Shown here: positions 31,545 to 42,028 of the stretch, one piece after another
How positions within the stretch are numbered: position 1 is the first letter of the stretch
How the letters are laid out: each line of letters starts with the position of its first letter
NCBI GenBank assembly: GCA_001821395.1
Contig: MHLM01000012.1
Coordinates: 64,001 to 128,000, forward strand
DNA from: Candidatus Lloydbacteria bacterium RIFCSPHIGHO2_02_FULL_50_18
Lineage (GTDB): Bacteria; Patescibacteriota; Minisyncoccia; Phycocordibacterales; UBA6899
Length of the DNA: 64,000 bases
Reading direction: 5' to 3'
Program-made: the position numbers and the translations under genes
The notes under the pieces: model-generated
Told to the model about the DNA's origin: nothing
Database searches by the model: none
Seen by the model: only the letters and a program-made list of their open reading frames with translations

Positions 31545-31654
31545 CCTCGTACCAGTATCTCAGGTTCATTTTTGCGCTTTGTGGATTTTATGTTATGTTT
31601 TTTCATACGCTGTGAATACCGCGCGTAAGTTCTTTTGAATAAAGGAGTTCGAGT

Positions 31655-31966
31655 ATGACTGAGGCATTGCCTTCTTGTCGGGACATGCTGTGTGACGCGT
31701 TTGTCCGTGAATTTGATGAATTGCCGACAGATTCGATCTGGCTGGTAAGCAAGATAGGTTCCGAATTCGCGCTGTCCTCCGCGACGTCGATCGCTTTTAA
31801 GGAGTGGCTTCGACAACATCAGGGATTTTTCAGTAAATTTCCCCGCAGATATTGTGACTGGAAACGGAGCGATGTGCTGCGGTCGTCAAAGATCATCTCC
31901 GCTTACCGATCGACTTTTTACGTATACATCCTGCCCGATGAGCTAAAGACTTTTCCGGAGTCATGA
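31655..31966 (+). CDS. hypothetical protein
   Basis: AAGGAG SD upstream; 103 aa. Confidence 0.4.
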   Translation: MTEALPSCRDMLCDAFVREFDELPTDSIWLVSKIGSEFALSSATSIAFKEWLRQHQGFFSKFPRRYCDWKRSDVLRSSKIISAYRSTFYVYILPDELKTFPES

Positions 31967-32048
31967 GCATTCCCCGTACCTTTTTGTGTTTCAACACCGA
32001 GCATTGCTCGGTTTTTTATTTTCACACACGATGACGTACAATAGCACT

Positions 32049-32552
32049 ATGGATATCATTTCACATGGTCTCTATGGCGGTGTGCTTGTCGGCAGAAGGA
32101 GCCGTAAAAGTTTTTGGACTTCGTGTTTTTTTGGTATCGCTCCGGATTTGTTCTCTTTTGGCATTTTTACCGCGAGTATTTGGCTGCAGCTTGCTTCCGG
32201 TCCGGACTGGTCTTCGGATCACCCTGACGTTTCGCAGATACCCGATTATGTGAATTTGCTCTATGGTATTACCCATAGCCTTGTTATTTTTGCGCTCGTA
32301 TTCCTCATTGTTTGGTTTATAAAAAAGAAACCCGTCTGGGAAATGCTGGCGTGGGGTTTTCACGTTGTACTGGACATTTTCACCCACAATCTCCATTTTT
32401 TCCCGACACCATTCCTCTGGCCAATATCAGGGTACTATTTTAATGGACATAGCTGGGGTACGTTGGAGGTATTCATCCCGAATCTTACCGTACTTGCCAT
32501 TCTTTATGGCTGGTGGTGGTTTCAAAAAAGGAAGAAACGGGCTACCTCTTAG
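32049..32552 (+). CDS. membrane-bound metal-dependent hydrolase-like protein (YdjM/DUF457-like)
   Basis: MDIISHGLYG N-terminus, 4-5 TM; start taken at internal Met of ORF 31986. Confidence 0.45.
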   Translation: MDIISHGLYGGVLVGRRSRKSFWTSCFFGIAPDLFSFGIFTASIWLQLASGPDWSSDHPDVSQIPDYVNLLYGITHSLVIFALVFLIVWFIKKKPVWEMLAWGFHVVLDIFTHNLHFFPTPFLWPISGYYFNGHSWGTLEVFIPNLTVLAILYGWWWFQKRKKRATS

Positions 32553-32935
32553 CATATCGCGGGACGGCGCCTCACTTTTCATGCGCAGTTCTCTCTCGAT
32601 ATGAACTTCGGATAATTGGGTGCCCCATCATTTAATATCCGCTTAACGTACAAATGTGGAAAAAGCTGTGGATAAGCAGTGAATAAGGCGGATCGCTAAG
32701 AGAGATTGACTCTCAGCCCACATCTGGTATCCTGTGCAGACGTTGCTTCATGTGAGTTTTTAGGTTTGAGCCATTCAGTCGAAAGTATGGCTTAAAACAA
32801 GGAGGAAAACGAGCAGTGCACGTGGAATAAAGTTATACGACCATCTCGTATAACCTCTTGTTTTTACAGTATTGGTCATTTCGGTATTATCCGATGTTTC
32901 CAACGCTGAATTATTTAACTAATCAAAAAAGCTTT

Positions 32936-34126
32936 ATGGCAGATTTTGATCGTTCGAAACCGCATGTGAACGTCGGTACCATTGGTCACGTTGACCACGG
33001 AAAAACCACACTCACCGCTGCGATATTACACGTGCTGCACATGGGTGGATTCGAAGTGAAGATGAAGGGAGTCAACGAGATCGACTCTGCTCCTGAGGAG
33101 CGCGAGCGCGGTATCACCATCGCCCTTTCGCACAATGAGTACTCGACTGCAACTCGCCACTACGCACATATCGATGCGCCGGGCCATGCAGACTATATTA
33201 AGAACATGATCACCGGTGCCGCTCAGATGGACGGTGCGATCATCGTGGTTGCGGCAACCGACGGCGTTATGCCTCAGACCCGCGAGCATGTCCTTCTTGC
33301 AAAGCAGGTTGGTGTGCCAAAGATCATCGTCTTCTTGAATAAAGTAGACATGGTTGATGACCAGGACTTGGTTGAGCTCGTTGAGGAAGAGGTTCGTGAA
33401 TTGCTCACCAAGCAGGGATTTGACGGTGCAAACTGCCCCGTTATCCGTGGTTCAGCATTGAAGGCTCTTGAGTCAAAGACCATTGATGATCCTTGGGCTG
33501 TGAAGATCCTTGATCTTGCAAAGGCACTCGATGAGTACATCCCGGTTCCCGTTCGTGAACTCGACAAGCCATTCCTTATGCCCGTTGAAGACGTCTTTTC
33601 TATCGAAGGACGTGGCACGGTCGTTACCGGCCGTATCGAGCGCGGTGTTTGTAAGGTTGGGCAGGAGGTCGAGATCGTTGGTCTCGCAAAGACCGCAAAG
33701 TCGACCATCACCGGTATCGAAATGTTCAACAAGTCCCTCTCAGAAGGACAGGCTGGAGACAACGCCGGCATCCTTATTCGCGGCATCAAGAAAGAAGATG
33801 TTACCCGCGGACAGGTTTTGGCCGCAACCGGTACTGTTACCCCACACACTGACTTTGAGTCAGAAGTCTATATCCTTTCCAAGGAGGAGGGTGGACGACA
33901 CACACCGTTCTTCTCAGGCTATAAGCCACAATTCTATATCCGTACTACTGACGTGACCGGAGAGGTGACGCTCGCAGAGGGTGTCGAAATGGTCATGCCG
34001 GGAGACACGGTGACCTTCAAGGTGAAGCTCATCGCGCCTGTCGCGCTTGAGGCACAAATGCACTTTGCTATCCGCGAGGGTGGCAGGACCGTCGGTGCTG
34101 GTGTTATTACCAAGATCGTTGCATAA
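32936..34126 (+). CDS. tuf: elongation factor Tu
   Basis: [32 protein letters not shown] motifs; start [10 protein letters not shown] inside ORF 32858. Confidence 0.95.
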   Translation: MADFDRSKPHVNVGTIGHVDHGKTTLTAAILHVLHMGGFEVKMKGVNEIDSAPEERERGITIALSHNEYSTATRHYAHIDAPGHADYIKNMITGAAQMDGAIIVVAATDGVMPQTREHVLLAKQVGVPKIIVFLNKVDMVDDQDLVELVEEEVRELLTKQGFDGANCPVIRGSALKALESKTIDDPWAVKILDLAKALDEYIPVPVRELDKPFLMPVEDVFSIEGRGTVVTGRIERGVCKVGQEVEIVGLAKTAKSTITGIEMFNKSLSEGQAGDNAGILIRGIKKEDVTRGQVLAATGTVTPHTDFESEVYILSKEEGGRHTPFFSGYKPQFYIRTTDVTGEVTLAEGVEMVMPGDTVTFKVKLIAPVALEAQMHFAIREGGRTVGAGVITKIVA

Positions 34127-34164
34127 GGCACCATCACCCCATTGTTACTCAACCATAGAATGTC

Positions 34165-34527
34165 ATGACTACAGGAACGGAACACACAAAGAAAGCCGCA
34201 AGTGCAAAGACGAAAGAGGTAGTCTCGAAGCTGCGCATCCGCGTACGCGCATATGAGTACAAGATCCTCGACGCATCGGTGCGTCAGATCATGGATACGG
34301 CATTGCGCTATGATGCAAAGCTTGTCGGGCCGATCCCTCTTCCGACTCAGATCACGAAGTACACGGTCAATCGTTCAGCGTTCATCTATAAGGATGCTCG
34401 TGAGCAGTTCGAGATGCGCGTCCACAAGCGCTTGATCGACATCATGAACCCGACACCAAAGGTGATCGAGGCGCTGACTAACCTTACACTTCCTTCAGGC
34501 GTCAATATCGACGTGAAGATGATGTAA
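34165..34527 (+). CDS. rpsJ: 30S ribosomal protein S10
   Basis: LRIRVRAYEYKILD...GPIPLPT...RLIDI. Confidence 0.9.
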   Translation: MTTGTEHTKKAASAKTKEVVSKLRIRVRAYEYKILDASVRQIMDTALRYDAKLVGPIPLPTQITKYTVNRSAFIYKDAREQFEMRVHKRLIDIMNPTPKVIEALTNLTLPSGVNIDVKMM

Positions 34528-34557
34528 TTTGAGCGCGAGACTTTGTTATCTTCGCTA

Positions 34558-34640
34558 TAAACCCCGCTCACCGTATATGAATACGGCTCGGGTGGTTCGC
34601 AGCTCGATGCCTCGTCTCGCATCTCAAATTTCAACATCTT
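34558..34640 (+). repeat. ~85-nt conserved intergenic element (copy D), between rpsJ and rplC; homologous to 37468..37545
   Basis: About 75% identity to copy C with a compensatory change in the hairpin ccgtatATGAatacgg vs tcatatACGAatatgc. Confidence 0.6.
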
Positions 34641-34786
34641 CTTCAGGGTGCTGAACATTTTCTCTGCAAATTTGATCGAATGTCTTACCGTTTTCCGGAA
34701 GGAAAGCGGGGGCTTCGGTTATTACGGAGCAAAGTACTATTCTTTCTTTCGTTTATTCCCATGACATTCCTACTTAAATTACGGAC

Positions 34787-35410
34787 ATGAAATTCCTATT
34801 AGCAACAAAACAAGAGATGACGCAATACTTCTCGGAAGACGGGAAGTGTATCGCTGCGACGCTTCTTTCCGCGGGCCCAATCACGGTGACCGAGGTGCGT
34901 ACGAAAGAGCGCGACGGCTACGAAGCCGTTCAGTTCGGTTTTGGGACGCAGCTTCCAAAACGCGTCAACAAGCCACAGCTCGGCGCCCTCAAGGAGCTCG
35001 GTGTATTCCGCTTCATGCGTGAATTCCGCCCTAAAACGGGTGGCACTGAGTCATTGAAAGCAGGCGACAAGATCACCGTTGAAGCATTTACTCCCGGAGA
35101 CGACATCGAGGTTTCGGGTATCTCAAAGGGTAAAGGTTTCCAGGGTGTCGTGAAGCGCCACGGTTTCCATGGCGGACCTCGTTCACACGGTCAGAAGCAT
35201 TCTGAGCGTGAGCCGGGATCCATCGGTGCGACCGGACCTCAGCGCGTGGTACCGGGTACCCGCATGGCAGGCCGTATGGGCTCGGATCGTGTGACCATCA
35301 AGGGTCTCAAGGTTCTTGCCATTGATCCGACAAACAATCTTCTTCTCGTGTCGGGAGCGATCCCGGGTCGTCGCGGGACATTGATCGAAATTAAGGCAGC
35401 TCTTTCATAG
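34787..35410 (+). CDS. rplC: 50S ribosomal protein L3
   Basis: GKGFQGVVKRHGFHGGPRSHG. Confidence 0.95.
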   Translation: MKFLLATKQEMTQYFSEDGKCIAATLLSAGPITVTEVRTKERDGYEAVQFGFGTQLPKRVNKPQLGALKELGVFRFMREFRPKTGGTESLKAGDKITVEAFTPGDDIEVSGISKGKGFQGVVKRHGFHGGPRSHGQKHSEREPGSIGATGPQRVVPGTRMAGRMGSDRVTIKGLKVLAIDPTNNLLLVSGAIPGRRGTLIEIKAALS

Positions 35411-35414
35411 GCTT

Positions 35415-36128
35415 ATGACAACAGAAACAACGACAAAGAAAGTTATTGCAAAGAAGGCCATTGATCTCGATGCAACTGTCTACACAATGGACGGAAAGAA
35501 GTCGGGAAACATCAAGCTTCCTGAAACAGTATTCGCAGAAAAATGGAACGCAGACCTCGTACATCAGGTCGTTATCGGTATGCAGGCAAATGCCCGTCAG
35601 CCGATTGCGCACACGAAGGATCGTTCCGAAGTTCGCGGTGGAGGCAAGAAGCCATGGGCCCAGAAGGGTACCGGTCGTGCCCGTCACGGTTCGTCTCGCT
35701 CACCGATCTGGCGCCACGGTGGTGTCACTCATGGTCCGCGTAATGACCGCGATTTTTCACAGAAGATCAACAAGAAGATGCGCGTAAAGGCATTGTTCGT
35801 CGTACTCTCAAAGAAATTTGCAGACGGACAGCTCCTCTTCATGCATGATCTTTCAATGAAAGAGCCAAAGACGAAAGACGCTCGCGCAATGCTTACGACG
35901 TGGGGCACTATCGACGGTTTTACACCGCTTGCAACGCGCCGAAAGAACGCACTCTATGTGGTGCTCTCAAAGGCGGATGCATCGGTAAAGAAATCATTCC
36001 AGAACATGGGCAATGTATTAGTCGGAACAATGGGAACCGTGAATCCGGTCGACCTTCTCTCGTACCGCTATGTCCTCTTTGCAAATCCCGAAGAGTGCAT
36101 GAAGATAATGGAGGCTAAACTGAAATAA
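35415..36128 (+). CDS. rplD: 50S ribosomal protein L4
   Basis: GGGKKPWAQKGTGRARHGS. Confidence 0.9.
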   Translation: MTTETTTKKVIAKKAIDLDATVYTMDGKKSGNIKLPETVFAEKWNADLVHQVVIGMQANARQPIAHTKDRSEVRGGGKKPWAQKGTGRARHGSSRSPIWRHGGVTHGPRNDRDFSQKINKKMRVKALFVVLSKKFADGQLLFMHDLSMKEPKTKDARAMLTTWGTIDGFTPLATRRKNALYVVLSKADASVKKSFQNMGNVLVGTMGTVNPVDLLSYRYVLFANPEECMKIMEAKLK

Positions 36129-36129
36129 T

Positions 36130-36576
36130 ATGGCAACACTCTTCAATAAAAAGTCTCCCGTCAAAAAGACGGTAGCAACAACCGATGTTGCAAAGGCGAA
36201 AGCCGCAAAAGTGGAGAAGGCAGACAAGAAGGACGAGGTCGCAGCACTCAAGGTCAAGGAGGCCGGAAGTGTGCGCGCAAAGAAGGGGGGACTCGAGCTC
36301 AACATGATACTCGTTCGTCCGCATATCACCGAGAAAGCAACCGATCTATCCGAGCACAACGTCTACGCATTTGAGATCGCACGTATGGCGAACAAGGCGC
36401 AGGTCCGTCAGGCGATCGAGAAGTTCTACAAAGTGAAACCCGTCAAGATCGCGATCATCATGGGTATCGCAAAGTACATGAAGAATCCTCGTACCGGTCG
36501 AATGCAGACAAAAAAGATTGCAATTAAAAAGGCGCTCGTCTACTTGAAAAAAGGAGACAAGATTGAGTTTGTATAA
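36130..36576 (+). CDS. rplW: 50S ribosomal protein L23 with ~57-aa Lys/Ala-rich N-terminal extension (alternative start 36301)
   Basis: MILVRPHITEKATD core; start 1 nt after rplD stop. Confidence 0.8.
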   Translation: MATLFNKKSPVKKTVATTDVAKAKAAKVEKADKKDEVAALKVKEAGSVRAKKGGLELNMILVRPHITEKATDLSEHNVYAFEIARMANKAQVRQAIEKFYKVKPVKIAIIMGIAKYMKNPRTGRMQTKKIAIKKALVYLKKGDKIEFV

Positions 36577-36587
36577 ATCTTATCAAC

Positions 36588-37433
36588 ATGAAAACATTCA
36601 AACCATTAACGCCTAGTCTGCGTAACACCGTCCTCACTCCCTATAAGGAGCTCCTCTCCGGCGATTCGAAAGCAATCCCGAAGAGTCTTACGAAAGGAAA
36701 GCGAAAGACCGGTGGCCGCAATAACCAGGGTCGCATCACCATGCGGCACATTGGCGGAGGCAACAAGAACCTGAAGCGCGATGTCGACTTCAAATACAAG
36801 AAGCGTGACGTCTTGGGTCGCGTCGAAGCGGTCCAGTACGATCCCTTGCGCACCGCATTCATCGCCCTCGTTGTCTACAAGGACGGAGAGCGCGTGTATG
36901 TCGTCGCACCGAAGGGGATGAAGAAGGGAGACACGATGATCACGAGTGAGAAGGCCGCCCCTACGGTAGGGAACCGACTTCCGCTCAAGAAGATCGCCGT
37001 CGGTACCTTCGTGTACAACGTTGAGGTCCAGCCCGATGGAGGAGCAAAGCTTGCTCGCTCTGCCGGAAACTTCATCGAAGTCATCGCCAACGATATGGGC
37101 TACGCATTCTTGAAGATGCCGTCATCCGAGGTCCGCAAGGTCCCCGAGAATTGTTGGGCATCGATCGGAGGAGCTTCGAACGATCAGCACAAGCTCCGCA
37201 AGGAGGGAAAGGCCGGTCGTAACCGCTGGAAGGGTATCCGACCACACGTGCGCGGTTCAGCCATGAACGCCGTCGACCATCCTCATGGAGGTGGAGAAGG
37301 CCGCATGGGTCGCGGTATGCGACGCCAGAAGTCACGCACCGGTAAGTTCATCGGCAAGGGACAGAAGACCAGATCGCCGAAGAAGTATTCGAACGTGTTC
37401 ATTGTCTCTCGCCGAAAGGTGGGCAAGAAGTAA
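36588..37433 (+). CDS. rplB: 50S ribosomal protein L2
   Basis: HPHGGGEGR motif, 281 aa. Confidence 0.95.
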   Translation: MKTFKPLTPSLRNTVLTPYKELLSGDSKAIPKSLTKGKRKTGGRNNQGRITMRHIGGGNKNLKRDVDFKYKKRDVLGRVEAVQYDPLRTAFIALVVYKDGERVYVVAPKGMKKGDTMITSEKAAPTVGNRLPLKKIAVGTFVYNVEVQPDGGAKLARSAGNFIEVIANDMGYAFLKMPSSEVRKVPENCWASIGGASNDQHKLRKEGKAGRNRWKGIRPHVRGSAMNAVDHPHGGGEGRMGRGMRRQKSRTGKFIGKGQKTRSPKKYSNVFIVSRRKVGKK

Positions 37434-37467
37434 AAATTTTCGCGCATTGCTTTGTTGTCATCGTCGC

Positions 37468-37545
37468 GAACCCCGCTCGTCATATACGAATATGCCTCGG
37501 GAGGTATCGCAACTCGACGCCTCGCACTGCATCGAAAATATTTAC
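37468..37545 (+). repeat. conserved intergenic element (copy C), downstream of rplB; also shares gcattgcttt module with the 45.6/49.6-kb elements
   Basis: Alignment to 34558..34640; followed by terminator 37570..37591. Confidence 0.6.
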
Positions 37546-37569
37546 TTCTTTCTAAGATTGAAGGAAAAC

Positions 37570-37591
37570 AAAACCGCTTACTAAGCGGTTT
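37570..37591 (+). terminator. rho-independent terminator after rplB
   Basis: aaaccgcttactaagcggttttgttg. Confidence 0.7.
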
Positions 37592-37672
37592 TGTTGTATA
37601 CAAGCACTTATGTGTCAAAAGTTTTTATACATAAGAAAATTGACATTCTTATGTATGAGGATATAATACTTC

Positions 37673-38760
37673 AATGAGTAAAAAACCAGCTATTGTCGAA
37701 CCCCTCAAATTAGATGGCTTAGGGCTAGACTACAACAGGTTTGCAGAAGAACTTTCAACCGCCGAATATGCGCTCGGGTTAATTGAGGGTATGCAAAAAA
37801 ACTACTAAACCCAAATCTTTTGATTAGTCCCCTAACCGCCAAGGAAGCAGCTGCGAGTTCTAAGATAGAAGGAACACAAAGTGATGTGTCCGATGTATTT
37901 ATGTTTGAGGCGGGTGGGGAAACTAAACATGCAGATACACGTGAGGTTGTGAATTACCGTCGAGCAATGCGTTTGGCCATGACGGAGATTAAAAAAGGAA
38001 GAGAGGTAAGCAGTCATCTGGTAGAGACCCTTCACGGAGTATTATTGAAAGATGTCCGTCATATTGGCAATCTTGGAAAATATAGAGAAGGACAAGTTTG
38101 GATTGCCGAACGATCTGGTGATCCAATTGAGAAAGCGATATACGTCCCACCCGAGGCAATACACGTGCGCGGGTTGGCTCAGAATTTGATTGAATACATA
38201 AACGTGGGGAAGGAGAATGCATTGATTAAGGCAGGCGTTGCACACTATCAGTTTGAGGCAACTCATCCATTTGATGATGGGAATGGGAGAATTGGGAGAC
38301 TCCTTATTCCAATTGTGTTACACAGACATCAGAGATTGTCATCACCAATTCTTTATCTTAGCGGCTACTTTGATGATCATCGAGATGAATATATCGCGAG
38401 GCTCCATGCATTGGATGATGGTGCTGATATGGAAGATTGGTTAAAATTTTTTTACATTCGGTTAGCCAGCAGCTCGGTCAAACACAAAAAATAATTGAAG
38501 GAATTTATGAACTCTATGACCAGCTTAGACTTGAAAATAGGGGGATAAAATCACCATTCGTTATTCCCCTCATTGATATGATGTTTGAGATGCCAATTTT
38601 TACGTTGGCCATGGTGCAAGAATCAACTAAATGCTCGAGCTATATAACTGCATCGACACTAATTAAGAGAATGATTGATGCGGGTCATGTTGAAAATGTA
38701 GGAAAGGTTGGAAGGGAAAAGCTTTATGAATTCCGCTCGCTTGTAAAAGTATTAAAATAA
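37673..38760 (+). pseudogene. Fic/Doc family protein (HPFxDGNGR) disrupted by two -1 frameshifts at 7-nt homopolymers
   Basis: Three consecutive frames encode Fic_N (..GMQKK|LLNPNLLISPLTAKEAAASSKIEGTQ), core with HPFDDGNGRIGRLL, and C-terminal wHTH-like part; breaks at A7 (~37795) and T7 (~38455); restoring 8 nt at each gives one ~360-aa ORF. Confidence 0.7.
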
Positions 38761-38888
38761 TCAATGAATCTGTCCTGGTAAGGAAATTAATCACAATTGA
38801 TTTCACAAAATTTTTACTTCCTTTACTTCCCACTGAAACCCATGTAGTTTGACGGGGGATTGATACGTACTTTAACAGGAGAAATCCG

Positions 38889-39546
38889 ATGAGTATTGGT
38901 GAAAATGTTTTTGAGCGTACGGGTCCTTCGACCATGTCGGCGCGCGGTTTCTACGGCGCACTGGGATTGATCGTCGCGTTTGGGCTCTGGTTATCAAGTC
39001 TCGTGGCGGCAGAGTTCACTGCATGGCAGCCGTCACTCATGGTGATACTGCTTGTCGGGCTCGGCATCCCGATCATCGGCATTGTGATCGCTGCGAAGTC
39101 TGAGACTCCAGCGATCTCATTCCTCGGCTACCTCATGGTGGCGGTGCCATTCGGGATGCTCCTGGGGCCAACGCTCAATCAGTATTCGCCCGAGGTCGTG
39201 CAAAAGGCGATGTTCTACACCGCGGCGACCACGCTCGTCATGGGTGCGGCGGGCGTGCTCTATCCGAATTTCTTTGCGCGGATCGGCGGCGCACTCTTCA
39301 TGGCTCATGGCACTCATCGGGCTTGTCGTTGTGCGCGTCATCGGCATCTTTATTCCCGCATTGGGCAACATGTCGGCCATCGACTATATTTCTGCGGGTA
39401 TCTTCTCGCTTTACATCGGCTACGATATGTACCGTGCAAGTGCAATGCCGCACACGCTCGACAATGCCGTTGACGCCGCATTGTCCCTGTATCTCGACAT
39501 CATCAATTTGTTCCTCAGTTTGCTCCGGATATTCGGCAAGAATTGA
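38889..39546 (+). pseudogene. Bax-inhibitor-1/YccA family membrane protein disrupted by 7-bp tandem duplication
   Basis: tcatggc|tcatggc at ~39298..39311; removing one copy joins ORFs 38889..39473 and 39244..39546 into ...GGALFMALIGLVVVRVIGIFIP...LYLDIINLFLSLLRIFG. Confidence 0.65.
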
Positions 39547-39698
39547 TCGTTTCGTTTTAAACTCGGCATACGCCGGGTTTTTTGTTGCATGTATTTGTCA
39601 CGATGGTTGATCTCAGCCTCGCGAGCTGGTGGTGTTGCGTCTCACAGCCACTTGTGTTTGTATGGTCACAGCGTTCATTTGATCACAAAGGAGAATTC

Positions 39699-40199
39699 AT
39701 GTTGCTCGACAAATTGGTTCCCGTTCTCGGTACGCCCATTCGCATTGGTGTACTTATGGAAAGCAGTGGCGATGGAACAAAAATACCATTTTTCCTCATC
39801 GATTTTGGTAAAGAGTATCCATCGATCGAACCGTTGATCGCCAGAAATGGCACAATGACGCTCGACATCGTACCGGATGGTGACCACTGTACTTTCCACG
39901 TCACTGGAGATCGGATGGTCAGCGAGCTCACTCCCGAGCTTTTGAATCGCGCGCTCGCCGCACCGCCTGAGACGAGGAACCAAGTATTGTTCGGGCAGGG
40001 AAGGCCCGAATTCGCTTCAAGTGTTACGCTTTCAGGCGAATCATGCGAGCAATTCATCGAAGCATTCACTGCAGGCGGCGGGTTCTGGCTTCTCGTCACG
40101 CTCAGTCAGTCCGGAACTCGATCCGTGATCGCTCCAGACGGTGAGATCATTCGTACTGAGTCGTGTTCGCGCTTGGAACTTGAGTATCTCTTGGGTTAA
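39699..40199 (+). CDS. hypothetical protein
   Basis: Internal Met MLLDKLV of ORF 39582; followed by terminator 40210..40247. Confidence 0.4.
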   Translation: MLLDKLVPVLGTPIRIGVLMESSGDGTKIPFFLIDFGKEYPSIEPLIARNGTMTLDIVPDGDHCTFHVTGDRMVSELTPELLNRALAAPPETRNQVLFGQGRPEFASSVTLSGESCEQFIEAFTAGGGFWLLVTLSQSGTRSVIAPDGEIIRTESCSRLELEYLLG

Positions 40200-40209
40200 G
40201 GTTTGCCGT

Positions 40210-40247
40210 GCAACACCCCGACGTGTCGGGGTGTTTTTGTTTTTTCG
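40210..40247 (+). terminator. rho-independent terminator
   Basis: caacaccccgacgtgtcggggtgtttttgtttttt. Confidence 0.75.
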
Positions 40248-40274
40248 GTAAATAAAAACTCCGCAGATGCGGAG

Positions 40275-40634
40275 TCAGTCGGGCTTGAAAAGTTTTGCAA
40301 GAAGTTCTTGCGGGAGAATGTTCGGATCGAGCGGCAATGCATCCAATTCGTCAGCCGACCCTATCGTCTCTCGCGACTCAGCGATCTCGAGTGTGCGGAC
40401 GAGGAGCAATATCAATGCAGTGATATATTGCCGGAATTCATCAGCGGTCTGCGTAGCTACCTCTTCGTGTGCACTTTTTGCACGCTCCCCGATCAGTTCA
40501 ATGAGTCCTCCAAGAGAGGGATTAATTTCTTTTAATCGCAGTACGTGAGTCGTAATGTGTGCAATGAGGGCCGGCCGTAATTGTGGAAGTTCACGGCTTG
40601 CCGCCAAAACATCCAAGGGCATGACATGTTTCAT
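40275..40634 (-). CDS. hypothetical protein
   Basis: 119 aa; its own terminator hairpin (aactccgcagatgcggagt) on minus strand at 40255..40275. Confidence 0.4.
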   Translation of the reverse strand: MKHVMPLDVLAASRELPQLRPALIAHITTHVLRLKEINPSLGGLIELIGERAKSAHEEVATQTADEFRQYITALILLLVRTLEIAESRETIGSADELDALPLDPNILPQELLAKLFKPD

Positions 40635-40795
40635 GGATACTCCATGTGGTGAACAGTGCGCTTACTCTGTTGTACGCGCGAGCGTATGTTGTGTCAAGAA
40701 ATAGCGACTGCATCCCATTTTGTTGTTGAATGGAATGTTTCATCCCGCCCCGTCTGCTCGCTTTACATCTTTTATTGTTGCGTTAGAGTAAGCAT

Positions 40796-41116
40796 ATGTT
40801 TAACTTCAATAAAAAACCGATCCCTGAAGATCGAATAATGACGTGGGAGGAGGAGGCGACCTTCCCCATTGAGCTCCAAGAAGCAGCTCTCTCGAGTTTG
40901 ATAGAAGTCGCACAGCGGCAAGGAGCATCTTCGGTCGATCTTGAAAAACAATTGAATACGATTGAGATCAAGAGACGGGTCATTCTCTGGCTCGGAACTT
41001 TTCCTGATATAGCAGAGAAGAATGCTGCGATCGAACGGGCAAATGCGGAGGGTTTGCCGCCGGAGATATTCACTACTCCGGAGTTTGTTGCTCCGGAAGT
41101 TGAGACGCTCCAATAG
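40796..41116 (+). CDS. hypothetical protein
   Basis: 106 aa; terminator 41165..41197. Confidence 0.4.
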   Translation: MFNFNKKPIPEDRIMTWEEEATFPIELQEAALSSLIEVAQRQGASSVDLEKQLNTIEIKRRVILWLGTFPDIAEKNAAIERANAEGLPPEIFTTPEFVAPEVETLQ

Positions 41117-41206
41117 GCGGTGTGCCGTGGTCTTTTGACCTTGCCACCCCTGGTCTTTGAACGAAAAACCCGCTCATTAGTAGCGGGTTTTTGTAACAGA
41201 GCTCCC

Positions 41207-41272
41207 CTATTTCTTTCCTCCCTTCTTCGGCTTCTTTGCCTCCTTCTTGATGTTGTTGTCTCCGCGTCCCAT
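41207..41272 (-). CDS. putative 21-aa lysine-rich micro-protein (MGRGDNNIKKEAKKPKKGGKK)
   Basis: ATG..TAG small ORF immediately followed on minus strand by palindromic terminator hairpin 41165..41197; paralog of 41362..41427. Confidence 0.3.
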   Translation of the reverse strand: MGRGDNNIKKEAKKPKKGGKK

Positions 41273-41361
41273 GTTGTATGCGTCTATTGATAATATTGCA
41301 CAATTATATCATGACACAGCAAAACACCACCGCACATTTGTGCGGTGGTGTTTTGCTTGTT

Positions 41362-41427
41362 GTTATTTCACTACGACCTTCTTTGGCTTTTTCTTATTTT
41401 TCTGCTGTGCATTGTTTCCTTTTGCCA
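41362..41427 (-). CDS. putative 21-aa lysine-rich micro-protein (MAKGNNAQQKNKKKPKKVVVK)
   Basis: Same length and pattern as 41207..41272; followed by palindromic terminator 41318..41353. Confidence 0.3.
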
Positions 41428-42028
41428 TGACGTATTGCTTATACTGCTAATGAACGAACGTATCTTCAGTGTAGCAGATTTTCGTCATGACATGAAAATG
41501 CCCGGTTGTACCCATGTTGATAGTGGTCATACGGACCGACCCATGCTTATTTGCAAAAACAGGGGATAACTTTCACTACGGAAGGCGCTTTGAGGCTATA
41601 ATGGTGACAACATTTTCGCACATTACGCGCTGGGTGCTTTTGGAGTAAAAAGCGAGCAGGACGTAGTGTGAGAAGATCCACAAAATGGATCCTTATGCTA
41701 TGTTCCAGCGAATGGACATATCGTTGCGGAGAAACAAAAACTTCGTTAACGGTAGAGGTTAGTCGTATATCTTTCTTATCAACATCGTGGATACGCGTTC
41801 GTTGCCTACAGCAAGGAATGTGAAAAGTGATGAAGAGAAGTACTCTGGAGCCAATTTTTATGAATCCGTTGTCGAGTGCTAAAAAGCAAAAGTAACGATC
41901 GCCAATCGTCCTCCCGCATAAAAAAGTATCTGTAGTACTTTTTATGCCAGAGTGCATGCTCATCGAAAGATATCAACGAATTGTCATAGCGCCGCGTTCA
42001 GGCAAGAACGCGGCGTTATGTATTGAGG

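Noticed and set aside
32553-32935. Possible tRNA genes upstream of tuf (common in other bacteria)
   Set aside because: No cloverleaf-compatible sequence or T-loop GTTCGAATC-like motif seen in the 380-nt leader; likewise none in 17775..18058. No rRNA and no CRISPR-like direct-repeat/spacer array anywhere in the window
41547-41963. 138-aa minus-strand ORF in the gene-poor 41.5-42.0 kb stretch
   Set aside because: Cys/Arg-rich odd composition, region full of perfect hairpins, no start context; more likely non-coding
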